Shown: one piece after another, positions 50,301-61,000 of the stretch
Numbering within the stretch: the stretch's first letter is position 1
Layout: every line of letters starts with the position of its first letter
Assembly (NCBI GenBank): GCA_964199315.1
Contig: OZ116699.1
Span: forward strand, 22,072,001-22,136,000
Length of the DNA: 64,000 nucleotides
Source: Orbicella franksi
Lineage: Eukaryota
Direction of reading: 5' to 3'
Made by a program: the position numbers and the translations under genes
The notes under the pieces: generated by a model
The model's input: the letters and a program-made list of their open reading frames with translations, nothing else
Database searches by the model: none
What the model was told of the DNA's origin: nothing

Positions 50301-52909
50301 ATAGCGACTGTCCTAATTCAAGCAGCTACTTCAAAGCCCCACCAATGACAAAATAACATGAGCTCAAAACCCCAATATGACTTTTTTTTTTGCAATAACA
50401 TTACATTACATACAAAAATTGCCTACTCTACTTACAATGTTAACGTAACTTACAATTTAACGATACCAACAAAACTTACAATACTAACAATATTTACAAT
50501 TTCTTAATATCTTACATTACTTTCATGTAGGAGGTTAGCTACAATAGGAGGCTTTCTCACATATTGATTTGTGACTTAGATTTATGTTTCTCAATCTTAA
50601 TTTTGTTTGTCAAAATCGCTAAGAAAGCATCGAAATAAAACTCTTCTTCTTTTCTTGAGGCAGTATATAAATAATATTTGGCTATAATCAAGCAGAGGTT
50701 TAAGCCAAGATGACGAGCGAAGTTATCTGTCACGCCATATATTATTTCATTTTTATCGAGAGTGATCCTATCTCCGTTTTTGGAGCTCCACCAATTAGTA
50801 AAGAGAGACCAAAAAAGCCGAGCTTCCGAACAGGTAGCAAAAAGATGGGTTAACGTTTGTCTTTAGGTGACATTTATCATGTTCCTTGATTGAATCTCTA
50901 AAAAGTGTCGAATTTGTGGGAAGAATGTGATGAATTATTTTGTATTGGAAAATGGCGAGTCTAGTGTCTTGGTAACATTAAACGGAAGGCTATAAATGAG
51001 TTGCATTGTATGTTCTTTTAGACTGGCTTCTTTCATCCTTCGTTCGGCTGTAGGCGTGACGAATTTACTCTTAACAAAACATTTTGTTGCTGATCGGCAA
51101 GAGAGTTTATCTAAAGATATCTTATCCTTCTCAGAACGTTTTTCCAAAGGTTCAGTAACATTTCCTTTGAGAATATTGACTCAAGACAATATGACTTAAG
51201 ACTGCTGACATTCTGTCTTTCTCTCGAAATGAGGCAAGGATTACAAGGCAAGGCAGGCTAGAAGGGATTGGGACGAGAAATGAGTGTGGCACTCACAAGA
51301 AGAAACACATCCATACTGCCCTTATGTGTTCGTGTTCATTGATAAACACTCATCTGACTATGACCGGCTGCCAGCAGTCTAACATGGCTTAAAAAGTAAC
51401 AATATAGCAGTTCTCACCGTCCTGCCAGGTCCTGCTTCAAGCTGCTACTACCAGCGCCACTCAGAGTGGTACAGATTACATCAGCACACTGAAGGATTTC
51501 TTTTCTTATCCGTGATTCTTCCCGACGCTTGTTGGCTTTCTTGTCTTTCTCTCGACGGTACTGTTGCTCCAGGGTGTTTTTGAGTTTGATGAGGTTTGCC
51601 TTTTTGGTTTCCAGTTTCTCGAGCTGTTGATAACACATCACAATTAGACCAGTATTTGCAAATTCAGTGAGCCCTGTCTAAACAGTCATTTCTTTATGGC
51701 AGACGCATTGGTTTGTAGACAACTACTAATCTGGAACTTGAGAAATGCTTTGCTGGCCGCACTATTAATGTTGAATATGCAGCACAGCAAATTAAATACG
51801 GCTTGGAAACACACTTTTTGAATCAAAACTGGTTCCCTTCCTTTAGCCTGGCTCCCTCAAGGTAAGACACCTCTCTACCAAAGGCAGGTACTGGTCCCCA
51901 AGGTGTCTTGTTAACAGAGTTGACTGTAAAATTTGAACATGATTGCCACAGACATCACTTTTCAAAATTCCCTGACTTTTCCCTGACATAAAAGAAACAA
52001 TTTCCCGACGAAATAAATACCAAATACTTCTAACCTCCCTTACAGCCTTCCTTTCCACTCATTCATTAAGACTGATAAGTTCTCAACACATTTTCCTTCT
52101 TCAGTAAGGATAAACACTGTTGAGATCACAGCTGTGACCCCAAAATGTTTCTTCCAGCCTTCAATGGTATTACACCTAAACTCAGCCGTGTTAAATCATT
52201 TCAATTTTCGGAAGTTCCCTGACTTTCTTCAAAATGTCAATTTTCGCTAACTCAAAATAATTTTTCCTTGAACATTTCCTGACGTGTGGCAACCCTGGCT
52301 TCCAAAGCAGGTATTTTACCACAAAATAACAAGAAAGTACAACAAATACCTCACACTCATTGGATTGAGGCGACGTCTGTAATATCCAAATTTCACGTTG
52401 TAATATCTTCTCATTAGCAGCAGTGCTTTGAAGCTTTTCTTTGGTACTGTTTAAATTATCCTCTGTTGTTGACATGGATGCATTTTCTAGGATCTGCTTT
52501 GTCATGCTGTCTAATGAGAATTTCATCACTGATGGGTGGATATGGGATTTACGGCCTACTCGCACCAGACACAAATCTCCACAGTTGTTTGCAAATGCTT
52601 TTGTCAAAGAAAAATGAAAAAGAAAATGTTTAGTGCCATGTTAATAGCATGAAAGTAAAGTAAGGCAAAGTGGCCCATCAGGCTGGCGCTTATGTCTGGT
52701 TTCAGTGGCATGAAGAAACAGGGAGTATTTCATTGGGATACTTGTCCATCGTAGGGTTACCTCCCCCCCCCACCCACCACCCCCCAGAATTTAATTGGCC
52801 AATACCAATTTTTTCATCTGGGTGGAGAGAGGCACTGTGAGAGTAAAGTGTCTTGTCTAAGAACACAACACAATGCTCCCGGCCAGGGCTTGAACCCACA
52901 TTGTGAGAG

Positions 52910-52947
<38 letters not shown>

Positions 52948-55900
52948 GCATGCAAGAGTTTGGCTATCATATTTTATTCGGAGGATGTCGGAGGATGTCG
53001 AAGTGAAGGAAATCACCGTGAAACTACTAAAGATAATCAAAGATACTTTCAGGAACACAACTTACAGTAAAGCAAAAAGATTTCACTTCACCATGCAATA
53101 TCAATAATTTCGATGGCATCGAAAATGGTGGAGGCTGGCCACAGTCCTTTTAAGTGCCTTGCTCATGCAACAACACAATGCAGTGTCTCCGGCCAGGGCT
53201 CGAACCTGGAGCCCTTGATCTGGAGGCGAGCGCACAAACCATGAGGCCAGCATGTCTCCACTCTGGCATGAAAGTGCAACACAAAAATCGTTCTTGGATA
53301 AATCAAAGCAGCGTGCACAGTTGCAAGAGAAGTCCAGAGATAACAACAGTAACCTCAACAGTACCTTCATTCAATTAATAATGACAGATCCGTCTAACAG
53401 CAGTTAAAATGCCTCGCCAACATCCTTAACTTTGCTTGCAGCTCACTAGCAAATGTGCAACAGCAAGTCACTTCACAACCACAGTGATCAATAGCTGACC
53501 TTTGCACCGTTACTTCGCATGCACGATTCACTATATATGTAACTATCACAAAAACTGTATAACTAACCTGAGTTAACAGCATTTTGCCGGTTATGCCTCA
53601 AATTTTCTTTGTTATCATGACGTTTGTCAAGCTGTATCTGTGCCTCCCTTATTCGGCCAATCAACTCATCTATGGCAGCATTAGATGGTGCACATAACAG
53701 AATTCTCACTTTGTTTGCAAGACTTCCATTTGATGGACCTGACGTTGTAAGTGCTGGCATTTCTTGAGCACGCTACGAAAAACAAAACGCTGTTACAAGA
53801 TAATTTAACACACACCAGTTTTTGCCAGACGTAGCTAACCAAAGACCATTGAAATCAAGGTGTAACCAGTAACCGATAAGTATTTAACAGTTACTCAATG
53901 AATATTCCATGAGAAAAAATTTGGGGACTATTGATTACTCATTAATCTCTACTGATCAACCACTGATTAATCATATATGTTATCACACTCCACACTATGT
54001 AACTGTGCGAGTCAAAAAACAGTGAACACTTTGATTTGTTTTTGACAGGCCAGTCGTGTCCTGGCCAATCATAGTAAAGTTCCGGACACGCTTGCAAACC
54101 TGAAAACCACAAACTAACCACCATTGGTTTTTAGTTTTCTCTCACCTAATCAGCTTTGTCCTTGCTACATGATAATATTCCATACCTATGTCTGGTGTTC
54201 TCAGTTTTCTGAGTTTCAAAGTAAGAGTTTCCAGAAGATTTTTTCTATTTATTACAACAGTTTCTTGTTGTAAGTCGTCATCCTCAACAGTCTGTGGTAA
54301 TAAGCGTAAAACGAATTGCTTTGTATCCAAGAAAAGAGAACAGAACACAAATTCAAATTTCCGACAACATATTGCAACTTACATTCAATATCTCCTTGAC
54401 TAGACCAACAATGGTGAACGACTTCCCTGTTCCTGGAGGTCCCTGCACTAGGCAAATACGTGGTATAGGGAAGGGCTTGTGGACAGAATTCACTGCAGTA
54501 GAGATGACCTTTTCTTGTGATCCATTGTATTCCTGTAAATTGAATATCGAAAGTAATAGAATCCGATCACTAAATAAAGGTTCTGAAACAAACAAACAAA
54601 AAATAACATCAACTAGTTTTAATACCTTTGGGGTTTCCTCCACCAAACCTACTTTGTATGCAAATAGAGATAGGTATTCGCTATTTTACAGACTAACTGG
54701 GCGTACCCAAACTATGGCATATCATAAATACCTCAATTATCTCTGTGGACATAAAGGTAAGCCGAGTAACAGATACACAATTTCCCAATATCCCTTACAG
54801 TACCTTGGCGAGATGTGATGACTGACTGTAATCAACTGAACAAAAATAGTCTGCTTTCCGTGGTCGCAGGATATCACAGGCTAAGATACTCTTGCTAAAA
54901 TGCATCAAACCAGACCATTGACGTAGCGCTGTTAGGAGTGATGTCACAAACTTTACTTGAATGTGGCAATTTCTCATTGGACGAAAGTTGCAAGCAGTTT
55001 TGATGTTCAATGTCAGCTGGAATTTTGGTTCTGCAATAAAAAGCGATAACACAACTTTGGAAACCTAAAACTTAAACCGACTAAAATCATCAAAAGGAAA
55101 AGACAAAATCCTAAGAAATATTGTCTTAAAGCAAAGACGGATGTTTCTCTATTCTTACAGTGCATTCACCGATTTGCAATTTGATGCATAATGAACCTCA
55201 CAGAAACTACGTCCTACCAGATGCTGCTTGTAAGTACACTCTTACATGTATGCTTGTAAATACAGAACAAATTTAGTTCTCTGAAAAATTACAATAACGA
55301 AACTAGATACAAGCCGAGGATGGGCTTTCATTCGGGAGGGGAAATTTTGGAAGGACTTTTCTTTGATTGCTGCGGGTTTATTTTTATTGGGGAAGGGAAT
55401 TACTGTGGAAATCTACTCGTACTATCATCTCCACCATTTCTGGTTGACTGAACTCTTTTAACGTCAGCTTTCTCCACAAAACCAAACACTGGTCGGCCGG
55501 AGTACAACTGCTCATTACTACCAGCTGCAAAAGAGAAATCAACAAGGAAGAGAAAATTGTTAACACTGTACAAGGGCTTTTGCATTTCCCAATAGGTTTG
55601 GTTTTCAATTACAGATGCTGCAGCCGATAGCTGGCTATACTGATGAAGTACGGAGAGGTTACTGGTTGGCCTAGTGGCCGAGTGAAATCCAAGCCCAAGT
55701 CGAATTGCCCAAGTCAAATGTTGAAGTCATGTTAACCCTTGGGTATGTGCTATTTTGGGTATCTGGCACAAATGGGCAGTCCAAACTATTTTACCCCTAG
55801 ACCAGTTATAAACAGCTACAATCATCTCTGCTATAAAACGCCTTTACTTAGTGTAACTAACTGGGTTCTTGTGTCTCCCACAACACATAGGTCTGCATTG

Positions 55901-57964
55901 CGTATATGTGTGTGCTTAGCGTCTGGCATATGGCTATGACTGGTTACTCTCACCTCTTCCATCAGTGGCTGCAAGCGTCAAAAGAACCAAATCGCTCTCC
56001 AAAGGGAACAAGGCATTTTTGTGCTGATTTTCATTTATGACACCACTGCAGGGGATGAGCCAGAAGCTGTTCACGTTGCTTCCATCGAGAACATCCATGA
56101 CTACACGTTTCCTGTCCAAATGCTTGTCCCACCAACTACCAATAGCCTAGAACAGTGGTTTTCCTCAAGGATTAACAAGATGTGTAATAACTCTCTTGCA
56201 AACAATGTTATATTAGCCTGTTTGCCAGCTAGTATGTCTACCAGTGTCCGTACCAAAACCAAAGAGCAATAAATCACTGCTAGAACGACAACTTCTAGTA
56301 TAGCACGCATCCAAGAGGGAAACGTTTTCATTTAAATCTAAGGGTCCTTGGATTGTACACTACCTCGATTTTCCGTAGTACGACAAATTATAAATGCACG
56401 GAGTAATATTCAATGACATTGTCGGACCCTCGTTAAGAATACAGACTGCTGCCTAGATATTGGACACACCAGCTGTTTGTGAAATGTTACATTAGACTAA
56501 AAAACAAATTTATGAAAATACCTGCTCCCAGATTTCCATGAGCAACAAAGGCTTGAATATCTTGTAATAATGGTCAATGGAGTCAAAGTAATTTGGAACA
56601 CGATGTACCAAAAAGTTGTTGTGAGGTAGACTAGCAGGCCTTCCATTGCTTTGTTTGTTGCAGAGGCGCTCTGCTTTCCAGTTTAAAATCTCACGGAATA
56701 ACTCATCTTCTGAGAGGGCTCTAGTGGGTTTAGTGTTGGCTGCTTGGCTGACAGATGGTCTGGGACCTGCCACTGTATTGGCTGAGTTTGCATCATCGGC
56801 AAATGTAACATGTTTCTTGGCTTTTGCATTTGGGATGGCTTCATCTGGAACAGCCATATCGTTAGCGTCTGGACGTGACATAATGGTGTCATTCCCTTCC
56901 AAATTCTCGATTTGGGTGCTGTACAAGTCATCAAGGTCTTCCTCGACACGTGCAAGAGCATTTTCCTGAGAATTTACAACGAGTTGACTGTAACCATAGT
57001 CATCCCACAAGTTAATACCATCATCAATGAAGTGCACGTTTTCAACTTGTTTACTAATACTAGATAAAGACAATCTGTCTTCTCCCTCTTCTGCGGGTTC
57101 GGGTTTGACAGTTTGAAGTTCCATTTCATAGTTCCTTACATCTGAATTCTCATCAATACAATAATCAACTTCACGAGTAATCTCATTTCCATCGGTAAAT
57201 AAAGAATTGCTACATTCAGCTTCAGTTTCTATCCGAGGAAAATCTGTTTTATGTGCTGATGTTGTATTGGTGACCTCACCAAATGAAGGAGTCTTACTTT
57301 CAGGCAAAATCTCTTCATTCTTAACCTTGGAAGCAACGACACTTGTTGATGTCTTCAGATTTGTTGACCTTGAGGCCCTTCGTGCCGCAGCAGATGAAAG
57401 AGACTCGTCATCAGAGTCACTAGAGAGATCTGCTTTCCCTGATGAATTACTAACAGTTTCCCTTTGAATCCCAGAAACAGGTCTTGTTTTTGCACAAGAC
57501 GCTAACGTTCTAGCCTCCAGAAGGGCAAAATCATCACTTTCACTGTCATAGTCCATCATATCACTACTTTCATGCAAGACATCTCTTAAGGAAGTACAAT
57601 AGGCAGTGTTGAAGTCAGTCTTTTCAGTCTTGATTTGAGAAACACTGTACTGTTCTGATGGCTCCACCGATATTGAGTTTTTGTTTTTGTTTTTGCTTTC
57701 CATGTAAGAAGTCAAAAGCTCTTCGTCTGAGCTATTTGGCTCGCTACAGCTAGAGAAGTTACCCAGCAATCTGCTAGCACCTGTATCCTGAACTGTTGAG
57801 CTAGTCTCAACTGCTCTTGGAGGTGACTCGTATTCATCCCTCAGTTGCAGAAGAGTAACTTCGTGATTTTCACTGCTACTATAATATAGATAATCATCCA
57901 GGATTCCAGCACTTTTATCTCCTGTAGAAGTTGGCTCTTTCTGTTCAGGTAGTTCTGTTGCACC

Positions 57965-58016
<52 letters not shown>

Positions 58017-61000
58017 GATAGCACTATTGGATCGTCTAATGTTGCACCTTACAATCAAAGCAAGTTTAACTTTCCGTCATAGAACTAACCATAACTTAAC
58101 TTAACTTGTTCAGTGTGCTTGGGACAAAGAAAACTATTTATGTGAATGTTTTCCAAGACAGGCTTTGTAAAGCCTTCGTAGCAACCTTCTTTCTTCAACG
58201 AACGGGAGGACACCCTATTGTTAAATTTACGACACGTTTTCCAACTCACCAGAATTCTGCTGAATAGGTGTATGTTTCTTTTTCATGAAAGCTGACTTCC
58301 TTGCTCTTTGCCTCTTCTTTGGCTGAGTTGTTCCTTGATATTCTCTCTGTCCGATGCTAGTTTCAGTCTTCACTTTCCAAACAGATGTCTTACAGTCTTC
58401 TAGTTGGAGTTTTGCATGAATAGGGATACCCTTCAACCTTACAGAGCTTTTAGATCTGAACAAATAAAAAAATGGAGGAAAAGGCTACTCACAACATTGG
58501 ACTTGATTGATTAAATTAACAACATGCTTCAGAATTTTGAGGCTTAAAAACCTTGAACAAAGGATTGTCCAATGTGACTGACGTAATGAACAAAAGTGAA
58601 TACTTACGTTATCCTAACCAGGGACAAACCTTTAAAATGCAGCAGAGAAGCCACCAATATGGCCTTTCTGCTAAATGTGAATTACTCTTTGGAAGTGCCA
58701 AGAAAAACATGAAAACAGATTGAAGGAATCTTGACCTTTCATTTTCACTACAAGAAAACTACATGGGATCATTCAAGACAGTGCTCAGTACAATACTAAG
58801 AAAATATTGGACAAGTAATAGAGTGAAAAAATCGGCGATCTGTGTATGAAACAAGGGAATGAGGTTGATAGGATGTTTATGTTCTCTCACTCTGGAGATA
58901 AGAGAACATCTCAGGTCAGGCATTAGGGCAGGTGGGTGCAGAACATGACCCATAAAATTGACACATCACTGCACGTGGAGTGTCGGAGAGTTATAATAAA
59001 GTACAGGTAAACTACATTTAAAACAGAAAACTGACTTTGGACACAAAAACCAGCACACTTACATTCTGACTTTCCCAGAGGGGCGCTTAGGCTTCTTGTC
59101 CCTTTTCTTGTAAGCCCAGAACCCTGTTTCTTCATCCTCAGAACTAGTCGAATGTGTACTAGGGTCAGGCTCTTCACACAATCGAAGCTTGCCATGTGGG
59201 GCTTTGCCATGACTTTCTGATCCTAAACAATCAGTATCACCCACACTTAGTGACTTTTCTACTTTCACTTTCTTTACAGGCAAGATCTGCTGTGTTTGTA
59301 GACTAGACTGATGGGATGTTTTCGAATCCATTTCATCCTTGGGCTTTGTTAGCCATTCAACTTTAGTGCCATGCCTTGAGTGAGCCATTGGAGCTTTAGT
59401 GCTGAAACCTACTGGAGTACTGAAACTCACTGTAGCTTTAGAGCTGCTATTTGGGAGAACTAGAGAAGCTTTAGTACTGCAACTGGAGCCAACGACTGGA
59501 GCTTTAGAGCTGTGAGTTGGAAGGGTAACTTGAAAAGCAGAGTTATGCTGAGCCTACAGGATACAAGAGTGACACAAAAGTGTATATCACAATAGGGGTA
59601 TCCCTCTACCAAGAGAAAACAGAATATATTACAAGAGGATCCCCTTCCCAAGAGAAAAAAACAATATAATACAATAGGAGTATTCTTGCAGTTGACTCAC
59701 AGTCAACAAGGTTGGAGTCACCATGAACAATTTGAGGGCCACACTCCTAATCACCCCCTTCCAACTGCCTAAGGGATGTCAGTTTCTGCACATTTTTTTT
59801 TCCCACTGCAAGCATAGTATGGGTTGCCTAGCAACCTCTAACAATAGCTCACTTTCTGGCCATATTAGGGCATGCATGCACAATTTTTCAGCCATATTTT
59901 CGGTCACAGTTGAACAAAAGTAAGAGTATGTAATGCTGGACTAAAATGATAAAAATATACCACAATACCTATTTTGGTGAATTATGCACACTACATTAGT
60001 GACAAGAATATCTAGTTATAAGTATGGATATGTAATTAATGGTCAAGACATCACTAGTACCTCAAAACTTTGCACCAGGAGTGAAATGATCTCGTGTTGA
60101 TCTTCTGTTGATAGTTGCTTGGGTCCTGGCAAACTAAACTTTTGCCAGTGCTTGAGCGCTTGCCTATTTCCCCGACGATGACTATCCTTTAGCAGATGCT
60201 GAAGCAGCCTTCGGGTAACTTCAACAATCTAACATGAATTTTCAGAGTTACATGTAGCAGCTAAGCAATGTGTCTTTTATTGTTAGCGCAATGGATCTTT
60301 CCTTTTTATATACCCAGCACAAAAAATTCTGGAAAATTAGCGTAGAGTTTTTCGGCTCCTGTACGACCTCTACACCTCCATGTACAGTAGAGTAGAACAG
60401 TACCATATAAAGTAGAGTAGAGTANNNNNNNNNNNNNNNNNNNNNNNNNNNNNNNNNNNNNNNNNNNNNNNNNNNNNNNNNNNNNNNNNNNNNNNNNNNN
60501 NNNNNNNNNNNNNNNNNNNNNNNNNNNNNNNNNNNNNNNNNNNNNNNNNNNNNNNNNNNNNNNNNNNNNNNNNNNNNNNNNNNNNNNNNNNNNNNNNNNN
60601 NNNNNNNNNNNNNNNNNNNNNNNNNNNNNNNNNNNNNNNNNNNNNNNNNNNAGTAGAATACAGTACAGTAGAGTAGGGTAGAGAAGATTAGGAGTAGAGA
60701 AGATTAGGAGTAGAAAAGATTAGGAGTAGAGAAGATTAGGACTGGAGTAGAGTATAGTAGAGTGGAGTAGAAAAGATTACACTGTACTGTAGCATAGAGT
60801 AGAGTAGAGCAGATTAGGAGTAGAGAAGATTAGGAGTAGAGTAGAGTAGCGCAGGACAGCACAGTACTTACAGTGCTACATGGAGGCAGTAGAGGCAGTA
60901 GAGGCACAGAAACTCTACACTAAATTTTCAGAATTGTTTGGAACACATTTGTCTTTTCACTCTTAAAATATCCATACTCTCTAGTGGCACCTGAAACAAG

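Noticed and set aside
53168-53260. tRNA gene
   Set aside because: A and B boxes are present, but there is no acceptor stem and the sequence continues into a SINE body.
53942-54291. Exact SETX exon structure between Walker A and motif Ia
   Set aside because: Candidate donors and acceptors gave conflicting phases; transcript data are needed.
60425-60651. N run as a biological feature
   Set aside because: It is an assembly gap at a simple repeat.
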